NCBI GenBank assembly: GCA_963809485.1
Contig: CAWEJX010000004.1
Coordinates: 32,001 to 96,000, forward strand
From: an uncultured Acidobacteriota bacterium
GTDB taxonomy: Bacteria; Acidobacteriota; UBA6911
DNA: 64,000 bases
Reading direction: 5' to 3'
Shown: in pieces, positions 40,297 to 50,143 of the stretch
Position numbering within the stretch: the first letter of the stretch is position 1
How the letters are laid out: every line of letters begins with the position of its first letter
Translations under genes and position numbers: made by a program
Notes under the pieces: model-generated
What the model was told of the DNA's origin: nothing
The model's database searches: none
Seen by the model: the letters and a program-made list of their open reading frames with translations, nothing else

Positions 40297-41292
40297 TCAC
40301 GGCTTGAAGGCTTCGACGATGCCGTCCATATGTTCGCCCTGGCGGAGAAAACGCACGCGAACGAATCCGGCCTTCACCAGGCCGGATTTGATCTCCCCGT
40401 AAGTGTAGGTGCCGCCGCCCTGAGTCCCCACGAGCATATTGATCGCGAAAATGGCGCCATCCTTGGGATGCGCCCGGTCGGGCGCCATAACATGGTCCCG
40501 GACAAGAATCCGGCCCCCGTGGTCGAGGGCGCGGAAGGCTTTTCTGTAAAGACCGAGATTTTGTTCGGGGCTGTTTGAATGGATGATGGCGGAAATCAAT
40601 ACCAAATCATGTCCGGGCGGGAATTCCTGCCGGTGAAAATCTCCGGCGACCAGACTGGTCCGGTCCAGCAACCCTTCCCTGATGAGCCGCTCGCGGGCCA
40701 TTTCCACAACGGGCGGCAGGTCAAAGAGGGTCGCCTTCATTTGGGGAACCGCCCGCAGAAACGCGATCGTGTAGGATCCCGATCCTCCGCCCACATCGAG
40801 CAGCGCTCTGGCCAAACCGGGTTCAACGGCCGCAACGATGGCTTTCGCCAGGGGTTCGGCAACGACATGCATCGCTCCTATGAAAGCGCGCAGTTCGTCG
40901 ATATTGCGCTCAAACTGAAATTCGTTTGCGGACGCATCCGTTCCGCGCACCACATCGGTGAGGCAGGACCATCGCTGCCACAGGGAGTTGACATGCAGGA
41001 CCATGGGTAGAATCGAGTCGGGAGAGTCTTCTGCCAGCAGGCGGGAAACGGGGCTCTCGCAGTGATACGTCTGTTCCGTTTTGGCGAGAAAGCCCATGGC
41101 CACCAGGGCATCCAGCAAAAACGCCAGGGCGCGTGCATCGGTCCCGATTCTGCGGGCAGCCTCGCTCGCAGCAAGCGGGATTCGGCTTAGCAATGTAAAC
41201 AGATTCAGCTCCGCCGCAGAAAGGAGAATCCTTGTTTCCATAAAACCCTGGGCCAAACGCAAAACTCTCTCCACACCGATTTCAGTCGTCAT
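40297..41292 (-). CDS. O-methyltransferase (dimerisation + Methyltransf_2)
   Basis: LLDVGGGSG, FDLP, AGDF, IIHS, INMLVGT. Confidence 0.9.
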   Translation of the reverse strand: MTTEIGVERVLRLAQGFMETRILLSAAELNLFTLLSRIPLAASEAARRIGTDARALAFLLDALVAMGFLAKTEQTYHCESPVSRLLAEDSPDSILPMVLHVNSLWQRWSCLTDVVRGTDASANEFQFERNIDELRAFIGAMHVVAEPLAKAIVAAVEPGLARALLDVGGGSGSYTIAFLRAVPQMKATLFDLPPVVEMARERLIREGLLDRTSLVAGDFHRQEFPPGHDLVLISAIIHSNSPEQNLGLYRKAFRALDHGGRILVRDHVMAPDRAHPKDGAIFAINMLVGTQGGGTYTYGEIKSGLVKAGFVRVRFLRQGEHMDGIVEAFKP

Positions 41293-41312
41293 TCTCCACC
41301 TGATCCTGTGAA

Positions 41313-41605
41313 TAAGTATCCCCCCGGCAGAGCCGGAGATTTTTCGGTTGCCGGCCTCTCAAAGGGGCCTGATCGCAACCGATAATAGATTAGACCGGTT
41401 TCACCCGAAATAAACATCCTTAAAGCTCTTTGAACCGCAGAATGTCAAACACAGAATAATGGATTCCGAGGTCGCGCCCCAGCTTCTGCGGTTCGACATT
41501 CGAAATTCGATATTCGATATTCAGAACGCCGGGGAAAAGGCATACTCCTGAATTTGTCAAACCGATACTGCCTCACCGGCAGGGCCGCTGGATGTCCCAT
41601 TGGAT
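41313..41605 (-). mobile_element. Second-type IS200/IS605-like non-autonomous element with different palindromic cargo
   Basis: Hairpin CCCCGGCAGAGCCGGAG near 41321. Far end TGTCAAACCGATACTGCCTCACCGGCAGGGCCGCTGG resembles the end at 21565-21600. Internal GAACCGCAGAA...TTCTGCGGTTC inverted repeat. Confidence 0.5.
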
Positions 41606-41642
41606 CAGGTTCCAAGTGATATTCCAGGGCCAGGTCCCACCG

Positions 41643-42662
41643 CTAATCTCCACTGAGACCGCCGGGCCAGGGCGAGTTCAGATGATAGGAAACGGATGGG
41701 CCGATCATTTCCACACGGCGGATTTTGCCGTTTTCGATGAGAAACGCTTCCGTTACCAGGATGCTGGATGGGCGGTTAAAGCCTTTGAACTCGTAGGGAC
41801 GGCCGTCGGAAAGAACGCCCCTGCTCACTGTGCCCTGGTCAAACACCGCATGAGCCCATACGATCCCTCGCTCCTGGTCTACAACAGGAAAGCGGCGGCC
41901 GTGGATGCTCTGGACCACAAAATATATCCCCAGCTTAAATTGCGACATGCAATCCATGGAAAAGAGATTGACGGCATCCGCGGGCTGATTGGATGGCCGC
42001 GGAACGTTGGTGGTTGCCGCTCCATTCTCAATCCGATGGCAGTCGTCGGTGAAAGGATAGGTGCCTGTACCGTTGATACCCTTGCCATCGTTCCTTTGAA
42101 GGCCCGTAAAATAGCCGTCGGCAATGGCGATGAGCTCCTGACGGGATAAACGCTGCGCAGGAGGAATCGATTTAAACCACATTGCCTCCGGCTTAAAGGG
42201 TTTGTCCATATCCGCGATGCTGTTCGGGCCGCCTCCGCCGGGCCTGAAGAAAACGCTTTCAATCTCGCTGATGCGGCCCAGCTCGATGCGCAGCCGCAGG
42301 CTCATCAGCAAAGGGGCGCCCGCTTCCCGCATCGTGCCCATGAAAGCCACCTGGCCGAACTCCGGGTCGGCAAAAATGTGCGTGTAGTTGCCCCGGCCTT
42401 CCGCGGTTTTCCAAAAACCGTCGCCGACTTCGACGATCTGATCGTTTTCCGTGTACACAACATCCCTGGAAAGCGGAAGCCGTCCGGGGTTATGGGCTAC
42501 AACTGCGGCAAGATACTGATCCACCAGGTCTTCCATGCATGCACGGTTGCAGTTCAAAGCAATCGGACCGGTGGATGCATCAGCTTCCGGAGAAGGATCA
42601 CCGATCAGGATTCCAGCGGCGATAAGAGCGATGAAACCAAAGATAACACCAATTGAACGCAT
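41643..42662 (-). CDS. Exported hypothetical protein with two related (SnoaL/NTF2-like) halves
   Basis: Signal peptide; VDQYLAA..YTEND versus ADGYFTGL..RIENG internal similarity. AGGAGG RBS. Confidence 0.65.
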   Translation of the reverse strand: MRSIGVIFGFIALIAAGILIGDPSPEADASTGPIALNCNRACMEDLVDQYLAAVVAHNPGRLPLSRDVVYTENDQIVEVGDGFWKTAEGRGNYTHIFADPEFGQVAFMGTMREAGAPLLMSLRLRIELGRISEIESVFFRPGGGGPNSIADMDKPFKPEAMWFKSIPPAQRLSRQELIAIADGYFTGLQRNDGKGINGTGTYPFTDDCHRIENGAATTNVPRPSNQPADAVNLFSMDCMSQFKLGIYFVVQSIHGRRFPVVDQERGIVWAHAVFDQGTVSRGVLSDGRPYEFKGFNRPSSILVTEAFLIENGKIRRVEMIGPSVSYHLNSPWPGGLSGD

Positions 42663-42830
42663 GGCTTACCTCCTCCCGTCCATCGGATTGTACTTCATAG
42701 GACGTAATTCAGACAGTCACCAAAGCTCCCAGAATGCATAAAATGTCCCGAACGAGCGCAAATTTGGCTGAAATTTTCAAAACCCGCAACCCGGCGGAGC
42801 GGTGCAGTCTTTATTACTTCATCCTGTCCG

Positions 42831-43586
42831 CTAATACATTTTGAGGGCTTTTCTTTCCTCCGCCGAAAGGCTTTTCTTGAAGCTTTTCAGCTTGGTCTCA
42901 CCTTTCCCTGTAACCGTTGCTTTCCCTCTCTTGATTTCGAGATACCCCATCAGTTCCAGTTCTTCCGACAGAACCCGGACCAGGATCGGGCTGAGAGCAG
43001 GATAGATTTCCTCGATCTGCTCCCGGGTGAACTCCTTCAGGATTTGAGTCACCCGGATTCCGGATTTGGGCAGCACCTTGTGCAAAATAGACATTTGTCT
43101 GCGGAAATAGGTTATGGAATCGCCCTTGTCCGCGAGGTCGAAAGCTTCCACCTTCATTCTCATCAAGGTCCTGGTATCGCCGCAGGTCACTATGGAGTTG
43201 TCCAGGCCGACTATTCTATCGTTGACGGGAGGCCATTGAAACGCATGTTCAGGCTGCAGGCTGGCAATGGAGTTTTTAGGTTCGACTTCAGTTCGCAGTA
43301 CATTTTGAAATCCGATGCCGTCATATTTTTTTTTGCCGGGATCCCTCCGGCTGACAGGTGCATACCAGAAGGCATAATAGAAAATCGGCGCAGGTATCTG
43401 CCTCGGACCCGCAGCAAAGACCGCCATCATTTTCGGCACCACGACGGCCGACATGCCCGGGCAGATCCTGCCGATATACTTCTCCCCGTCATAAATAAAT
43501 TCATCGCCCACTTTGTGCCGAAAGTGGCAGGGGTACTTCTGCTCATCGCCCGCGAAGCCAATTACGGTCGCTTTGACCTTGAACAT
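42831..43586 (-). CDS. TIGR04076-like Cys-containing protein with C-terminal winged-helix-like extension
   Basis: PCHFRHKVGDEF, RICP, TCGD. AGGAGG RBS. Confidence 0.6.
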   Translation of the reverse strand: MFKVKATVIGFAGDEQKYPCHFRHKVGDEFIYDGEKYIGRICPGMSAVVVPKMMAVFAAGPRQIPAPIFYYAFWYAPVSRRDPGKKKYDGIGFQNVLRTEVEPKNSIASLQPEHAFQWPPVNDRIVGLDNSIVTCGDTRTLMRMKVEAFDLADKGDSITYFRRQMSILHKVLPKSGIRVTQILKEFTREQIEEIYPALSPILVRVLSEELELMGYLEIKRGKATVTGKGETKLKSFKKSLSAEERKALKMY

Positions 43587-43812
43587 ACAGACCTCCTTTC
43601 AAGGCGCATGGGATTTTCATGGTTCTGAAAGCTTCAGCCGGTGTCGTCCGCACATCCTGCCGAAATCCGGATTCATCCAGCAAAATTTTTATCGGATAAG
43701 GGTAATGCCTAAAATCGCGTTCTGCTATAGAATAATGGTACCCCCATTTTGGAGGATCCCGGGATAAACCGGCTCCCGTTTAAGGCTCAGTTTGGATGAA
43801 CTTGATGGCACG

Positions 43813-45441
43813 ATGAACAACAACCCACAACACCCGGCCCCTTCGGAGCAAGCTCATCAGCCGAACAATACCATTGAGCGTCGCGTCGCGGAGCGCACGG
43901 CCGATCTGGACCGGGCGGTTCAAATGCTGAGCGCGGAACGGTTGCGCTTCAACGAAGTGCTCGATGCGCTTCCGGTTTATGTCATCCTATTGACGCCCGA
44001 CTACCATGTTCCCTTCGCCAACCGTTTCTTTGAGGAACGGTTCGGAAAATCCGGCGGCGCCCGCTGCTTCGAGTATCTTTTCCACCGTTCCGAGCCTTGC
44101 AGCAATTGTGAAACTTACAAGGTGCTGAAGACCAATGACATTCACCGCTGGAAGTGGACGGGCCCCGACGGCCGAAATTACGACATCCACGATTTCCCCT
44201 TCAAGGATGTGGACGGCAAACCCCTCATCATGGAAGTAGGCTTTGACGTCACCGAACAGATCCGGAATGAATTTGCGCTCCGGGAAAAAACGAATGAGGT
44301 TCAACGGCTGGCCGACCAGCTTCGCGCACTTGCCGTGGATCTTTCGCAGGCGGAACTGAAGGAGCGCAAGCGGCTGTCCAGAATTCTGCACGATCACATA
44401 CAGCAGCTTCTCGTGGCGGCGCGGATGCAGGTAGGATGGTTAAAATCCGCCGGGAGCCTGGACAATGTTTATGCTGCGGTCCAGGAAGTGGACAGCATTC
44501 TCCGGGAGGCTCTGGAATCATCGCGTTCCCTGACGATCGAGCTCAGTCCCCCTATCCTCCATGAAACGGGACTGATCGGCGGTTTGAACTGGCTGGCATC
44601 CCAGATGTTCGAGAAGAATCATTTCAGGGTCAACCTGCGTTCCGACAACCATGCGGAGCCGGTCACCGAAGAAATGCGGTTCCTTCTGTTTGAATGCGCG
44701 CGGGAACTGCTTTTCAACGCTATGAAGCACGCCAATGTTTCGGAAGCGCACGTCACCCTCCTGAGAACAAAAGACGACCATATACGGCTGATCGTAAGAG
44801 ATGAAGGGAAGGGTTTTGATCCCGATCTACTTAAGAAGCGCAGAGCCGGAGAGGTCAGCTTTGGTCTTTTCAGCATCCAGCAGCGTCTGGCTCATCTTTG
44901 CGGCGACATGAAAATTGCTACGGCGCCCGGAAAAGGAACGAGCATAATCCTGACTTTACCCGTCGCCGGCCAGCAGGAGGACCGGGGCGCAGTGAGCTGG
45001 GCTACAACGGAACAGGGCCACGCCAATGGAACACCAGTGGGCGAGAAAACGGCCATTCACCGGGTTCTTATTGTTGACGATCACAAGATCGTTCGCGAAG
45101 GGCTGGCCGGCCTGATGCATTTCGAGTCGGATATCGAGGTCGTGGGTCAGGCTGCGGACGGATTGCAGGCCGTCGAGTTGTCCGAGAAGCTTCGACCCGA
45201 CGTGGTTATTATGGATGTCAACCTCGGCGAAATGAATGGCGTGGAAGTTACCAGGGAAATCCTGGCAAGGAATCCAGGCATAAAAGTGATCGGGCTCTCC
45301 ATGCACATCGACCCTGATATCGCCCGCGGCATGCGCGATGCCGGCGCGGCCGCCTACCTGAACAAAGGCTCTCCCTCCGAGGATTTGCTTGCCGCAATCC
45401 GGGCCTGTGCCCGGACCTCCCATTCAAAAACCCCCGGTTAA
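43813..45441 (+). CDS. Hybrid PAS / HisKA_3 histidine kinase with C-terminal receiver
   Basis: ERKRLSRILHDHIQQ (H box), LLFNAMKHA, DEGKGFD, GKGT. Receiver LIVDDH, VVIMD, YLNK. Confidence 0.92.
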   Translation: MNNNPQHPAPSEQAHQPNNTIERRVAERTADLDRAVQMLSAERLRFNEVLDALPVYVILLTPDYHVPFANRFFEERFGKSGGARCFEYLFHRSEPCSNCETYKVLKTNDIHRWKWTGPDGRNYDIHDFPFKDVDGKPLIMEVGFDVTEQIRNEFALREKTNEVQRLADQLRALAVDLSQAELKERKRLSRILHDHIQQLLVAARMQVGWLKSAGSLDNVYAAVQEVDSILREALESSRSLTIELSPPILHETGLIGGLNWLASQMFEKNHFRVNLRSDNHAEPVTEEMRFLLFECARELLFNAMKHANVSEAHVTLLRTKDDHIRLIVRDEGKGFDPDLLKKRRAGEVSFGLFSIQQRLAHLCGDMKIATAPGKGTSIILTLPVAGQQEDRGAVSWATTEQGHANGTPVGEKTAIHRVLIVDDHKIVREGLAGLMHFESDIEVVGQAADGLQAVELSEKLRPDVVIMDVNLGEMNGVEVTREILARNPGIKVIGLSMHIDPDIARGMRDAGAAAYLNKGSPSEDLLAAIRACARTSHSKTPG

Positions 45442-45451
45442 GCCCCTCTCA

Positions 45452-45734
45452 GTCAGGCGCCTCCGGCTTTGCCGGAGGCTTGAAAGATTGGAACCGCTCA
45501 AAGCGGTTGGAGGAGTTACGCCGGTCTTGAACGCTGACTTACGCGGGCAAAAGCCGATGAGGCGCTTCCGATCCCCGCAGGGGCCAACGCTCCTCGCTGG
45601 ACAGTTTTCTGCGGCTTTTGCTCGCCGACCCTCGACGAACAAATCGGCGTTTGTCAGCGTATCTCAGCGTTTCAAAAAGCGGAGCTGTCAAACTCTATGA
45701 GTCCCCCGGCAGAGGCGGTGGATCTACCATTCAC
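45452..45734 (-). mobile_element. Non-autonomous IS200/IS605-like element
   Basis: Same ends as 21374-21612 with longer internal cargo. Confidence 0.7.
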
Positions 45735-45837
45735 TTGGCACGGTCCCAAATCCTTTGTATGTTCGCGCCTTCGAGCCTTTGAGTTAGAATACAGGTCCAC
45801 AGTTCCAGCGGCTCAACAGACGAGAGGAGAAATCGGG

Positions 45838-47439
45838 ATGTCCCGGGGAAATTCGGAATACGGATTGTCCAGGAAGCAGATCCTTTGGGGATTGATAGCC
45901 GTTTTCGCCACGTACGGAACAATGAACTATTTCGTACAAACGCTTAATATCGCCAGGCCGCGAATGGCGGCAGACCTGGACGGCATGTCGTTGTACTCCT
46001 ATTCCATTTCCATCCCGGGTCTGGCTGCGGCCTTCGTGACGCTGATCTTCGGCAAATTTTCGGACATGTATGGGCGTAGGATTATGCTGCTCATCGCCCT
46101 GGGATTCTTCCTGGCGGGCACGATCCTGAGCGCCGTAAGTCCAACCTTTATCTTCCTGATCTTCGCGAACGCCGTGGCTCGCGTGGGTTCCAGCTCCGTC
46201 ATGATGCTCGGCTATTCGGTGCTGGGGGACATGTACCCGCCGGCAGAGCGCAGCAAGTGGGTCGGGATGCTCAACATTCCTGCCGGCATTTTCGCCCTTT
46301 TCGGGCCTACCATGGGCGGATGGTTTGTGGACAATCTAAGCTGGCGTTACCTCTACTGGACGTCCGTGCCGCTCCTGCTCATCTGCCTGGCAATGGTATC
46401 GATCGGCGTGCCTCGGCCGGCCGGCAGAATTGCCCGCAAAATCGACGTTCCCGGCTGCATTCTTGTGGCGGTTGCCTCTTCGACGATGATCCTGGGATTT
46501 TCATTTGCCGGGAGCACCTATCCCTGGCTGTCGGCCCCGGTCATCGTTTTGCTGGGAGTTTCCCTGCTCTTCTGGATACTTTTCTTCCGTGCCGAAGCGC
46601 GGGCGCAAGAGCCGGTCCTTGATCCGCAGGTACTCAAAAACCGTATCTTCCTGACCGTGGCAGTCGCGACCATGCTTTCGTTTTTCGGACAACTCGGGCT
46701 CACGATGTATTTCCCGATGTTCCTGCAGGGCGTTCAGGGCATCAGCGCAACCCAGAGCGGCCAGATCATCACTCCATTCAGTGTGCTGATGGCTTTTGTG
46801 GGCGTTCCTGCCGGTTTCCTGCTTGCCCGGACGAAGCGCTACAAATGGATTTATATATTCAGCTTCGGGATCCTCACGGCGGACATGTTCGCGCTGATCT
46901 TCTTCAGCGCCGATACTCCTGCGGTTTGGAGCGTGGCCGCGGCCACGCTGGCCGGCCTGGGAATGGGCGCCATTCCGACCGTAAATACGATGGTCGTTCA
47001 GAATTCCGTGCCCAAAAGACTCCTGGGAGTTGTCATGGGAGCCATTTTTTTCAGCATTTCGATGGGGGGCGCGCTGGCTCCCTCCATTCTCGGATCGGCC
47101 ATGAATGCCTCTTACGAGAAAAAACTCGCCGCCTCCCTGCCCGATGCGCTGAAGCAGTCGGCCAGCAGGGAAACAATGGATTCCCTGGGCAACTCGCGCG
47201 TACTCCTGTCGAAACCGGCAATGGCGGCGCTTGAGGGCACTTTCAACAGGATGGAGGGCGGAGGCCAGGATCTTTTCCGCCAAACGGTTCAGGCGATCCG
47301 CATATCCATGGAGTCCGGCCTGAGAAGCGTTTTCTGGATCAACGCGATTGCCATGCTGCTGGCTTTCCTGCTCATTATCACCGTCCCGGAAGTCCCTCTG
47401 GACGTTGAGCCGCCGGACAAAAAAACAGCCACGAATTGA
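45838..47439 (+). CDS. MFS transporter, DHA2 (EmrB/QacA-like)
   Basis: GKFSDMYGRR motif A, GPTMGGWFVDNLSWR, many hydrophobic helices. Confidence 0.9.
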   Translation: MSRGNSEYGLSRKQILWGLIAVFATYGTMNYFVQTLNIARPRMAADLDGMSLYSYSISIPGLAAAFVTLIFGKFSDMYGRRIMLLIALGFFLAGTILSAVSPTFIFLIFANAVARVGSSSVMMLGYSVLGDMYPPAERSKWVGMLNIPAGIFALFGPTMGGWFVDNLSWRYLYWTSVPLLLICLAMVSIGVPRPAGRIARKIDVPGCILVAVASSTMILGFSFAGSTYPWLSAPVIVLLGVSLLFWILFFRAEARAQEPVLDPQVLKNRIFLTVAVATMLSFFGQLGLTMYFPMFLQGVQGISATQSGQIITPFSVLMAFVGVPAGFLLARTKRYKWIYIFSFGILTADMFALIFFSADTPAVWSVAAATLAGLGMGAIPTVNTMVVQNSVPKRLLGVVMGAIFFSISMGGALAPSILGSAMNASYEKKLAASLPDALKQSASRETMDSLGNSRVLLSKPAMAALEGTFNRMEGGGQDLFRQTVQAIRISMESGLRSVFWINAIAMLLAFLLIITVPEVPLDVEPPDKKTATN

Positions 47440-47498
47440 CCTAAGTTTGCGAGGCAATCAACATCCGGCAATGGAAAGGGCTGGATTCGACCTATTCC

Positions 47499-47735
47499 GT
47501 GGCTGAGTTGAAGAAAAAGTTACATGGCCGGACGCGCAAGCGCCGCACTGTGGTTGTACGGGAACTACTCAGAGATAAGCTTTCTCTGGGGCGGCGCCTA
47601 CTGAGCGTTCCTGGCTATACGTTTCGTTTATTCGCCCCCTCGCTACCGATGACACCGGAAGAGATCTGGCGTGATTACAATCTCCGATCGGACGTGGAGA
47701 AGCGCATAGCCGAATTGAAATATGATTTGGCAGCC
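47499..47735 (+). mobile_element. IS1380-like transposase fragment
   Basis: PEEIWRDYNLRSDVEKRIAELKYDL resembles the Y-x2-R-x3-E-x2-I-x-ELK catalytic segment. Truncated on both sides. Confidence 0.65.
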
Positions 47736-47754
47736 GAATCCGCAAGCCTGGCCC

Positions 47755-49401
47755 TTAAATGCCCGGCAGGCACAGGCAGGGGGATTTGATCCGGATATCC
47801 GCATTTTTCCATACCGCATCAAATTGCTTCTCCAATTTTTTTGCCTCGACGGATTTGTTCTGAGCCTGAAGAGAGCGCATGAATCCGTAAAGCCCCCAGC
47901 CGTTTTCCGGAAGCCGCTTCAGATCCTCGCGAAAGACCTTTTCCGCCTCAACGAATTTGCCGGCTTTCAGGAGGGCTGCGCCAAACGCATGTCGCGTCGG
48001 AATTATCCAATCAGGCGGCTCGTCGTAGCGCAGCTTATCTTCGAGGGCAACTGCTGTACGCAGGTAAGAAAGGCCCTCGTCAATCTTGCCGGCGCGGTAA
48101 AGAATCTCGCCCCGCATGAAGGTTTCGGCTATATTGAGGATGTCTGCTGCCGAATTGTTGCCGAAATATGCATCCTCCGGCACTCGGCTGCGTGCTTCAA
48201 AGAACGCAGCCTGTTCCATCATCGCGGAAGACACATCCTCCTTTGCTGCGTATGCGACAGCCCGTGCATAGTGTTGGAGCGCGCGCGAAATAGGCACAAA
48301 ATCAGGGAATTGCGGTTCGGCCAGAATATCGTCCCAGCGCCCGAACCGCATCATCACCTCAAGAGGCATTGCCACGAAACCATCCATGAAGGCGTTGGCG
48401 CGGAGGAAATCCGTCGGAATATCCGCCACCATCTTGCGGATAATTTTCAACGCCAGGGCGGTTTGACCCGTCATCATAGCGCCGTACGCAAGCATGTGAT
48501 GGTTATGGGCCATGTAAAGACGATAAAAGCCCTGCCGGCCCGTTTGTTCGGTGTATCGCCGGTCTGCGTCGATCGCCTTCAGGTTGGCAACAATCGATTG
48601 CTGCCAACGGCCGCGCCGGACATCGATGTGGGACGGCATATGCACAAGGTGCCCCAATCCCGGCTGGAGGTCGCGGAGCGCATCGGCAGCGCGGTCGGCC
48701 ATCTCCGGGCGAGGGGAAGCCTCGACTGCATGAATGAAAAGATGGTTGGCGAGAGGGTGCTTTGGATCAACGTCGAGGACGCGTTCAAGTGTCCTGATCA
48801 ACTCTTCAGTGCCCGGTCGCGGTTCCCCCGAAGCCGTCCAGAGATCCCATGGCCGGAGATCGGCAAGCGATTCTGCAAAGAGCGCACCGACGTCTGCGTC
48901 CTCCGGAAATGCAGCCCAAACCCGACGCATGGCATCGGCATAGGCCAGATCTAAAGACTTTCTGTCAGCGGGTGGCGGATCGGCATAACGGGATCCAAGA
49001 GCCTCTATGAGGGCGCGCTCGACGGGGCTCGCCTTCGAGGCAAGCTCTTTGGCCCGATTCAACGCTGCCCATGCTGCCTTGGCCCGCTCCTCCGGGAGAA
49101 CCGGATTGTTGATGTGCGGGCCATTTGCAATGGCAACACCCCAAAACGCCATCGCGCATTTTGTATCAATCTCCCCTGCCCGCCGAAAAGAACGAATCGC
49201 TTCATCGTGGTTGAACGCATACATGAACGCAAGACCCTGATCAAAGTAACGCTGTGCTTCAGGCGATTCAGTTGTGACCTTCCTGCTGAAGCTGCCCAAA
49301 CCTTCAAAGAAGGGCACATGCGGCATCGGCGTTATGGACACAGCGCCGCTGGCAGCGAAAATGAGAATGGAAAAAACCGCCATTTTGCATAGCTTCGCCA
49401 T
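47755..49401 (-). CDS. Exported TPR-repeat protein
   Basis: AQRYFDQGL, FNHDEA, NGPHIN, HLFIHAVE, GHLVHMPSHI, YDEPPDW, PENGWGLYG. Confidence 0.85.
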   Translation of the reverse strand: MAKLCKMAVFSILIFAASGAVSITPMPHVPFFEGLGSFSRKVTTESPEAQRYFDQGLAFMYAFNHDEAIRSFRRAGEIDTKCAMAFWGVAIANGPHINNPVLPEERAKAAWAALNRAKELASKASPVERALIEALGSRYADPPPADRKSLDLAYADAMRRVWAAFPEDADVGALFAESLADLRPWDLWTASGEPRPGTEELIRTLERVLDVDPKHPLANHLFIHAVEASPRPEMADRAADALRDLQPGLGHLVHMPSHIDVRRGRWQQSIVANLKAIDADRRYTEQTGRQGFYRLYMAHNHHMLAYGAMMTGQTALALKIIRKMVADIPTDFLRANAFMDGFVAMPLEVMMRFGRWDDILAEPQFPDFVPISRALQHYARAVAYAAKEDVSSAMMEQAAFFEARSRVPEDAYFGNNSAADILNIAETFMRGEILYRAGKIDEGLSYLRTAVALEDKLRYDEPPDWIIPTRHAFGAALLKAGKFVEAEKVFREDLKRLPENGWGLYGFMRSLQAQNKSVEAKKLEKQFDAVWKNADIRIKSPCLCLPGI

Positions 49402-49462
49402 ATGGCACCCCCTGCTCAAAATTCCTATTGCAGACTCGCCGATCACCCGGGATCGCGGGGGG

Positions 49463-49850
49463 TTACTCTCCTGAGAGGACGAACCTCGCTGGTAATTTAT
49501 ATAACGCTTCGGTAGGGCTTATGCCAGGCTTGAGCATGACTTTTTCGAATCCTTTCGGCTGTTTCGAGGGTTCTTCTGCCGCCGCCGGGCTGCCCAGGTA
49601 AAGCTGGACCACTTCCGCCCCTTCGCGCTTCCCTGCGTTCGTGATCCGCGCCTTCACCGTCACGCTCTGGCCCGCGGCGTGGTCCACCTGAAGATCGCTG
49701 TAGCGAAACGTGGTGTACGAGAGGCCAAAGCCGAACGGGAAGAGAGGCTCCTGGTTTTTAGCGTCGTACCGGCGGTAACCGACCAGAACCCCTTCCGAAT
49801 AATTGACCGTCATGCCGTCACCGGGATAATCCAGGAAATGGACGCCCGGC
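49463..49850 (-). pseudogene. C-terminal fragment (Fn3-like) of a GH3 beta-glucosidase
   Basis: YSEGVLVGYR, PLFPFGFGLSYTTFRY, GAEVVQLY, KGFEKV. No catalytic domain. Confidence 0.8.
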
Positions 49851-50143
49851 CCCTGCTGCTCATTGGCAGGGAACGCCGCGCCGAGGAACGCAATCAAGCA
49901 TTTGAATGCGTATCCGCCATGCATAATACCTCCCCGCCCCGCAGGGCTTTTGGGCAAGCCACAGATTTCTACAATTCCAGGCCGGGTATCAAAAAAATTC
50001 GTGAAATCCCGGTCTGCTTTTTTATATGATTTCCATTCATATTCCCGTAAAACAGTCTTGGAATTCTTCGAGGCTACATGTCTTCATAGTCCAGGACCAA
50101 ACTCCGAGGATTGGAGGCTCGAAGATGCTTAAAGGAGAACACC

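Noticed and set aside
47722-48954. Long antisense ORFs (also 335-1435, 1626-2750, 29273-30454, 46501-47457)
   Set aside because: They shadow well-supported genes on the opposite strand in GC-rich DNA and have no recognisable motifs.
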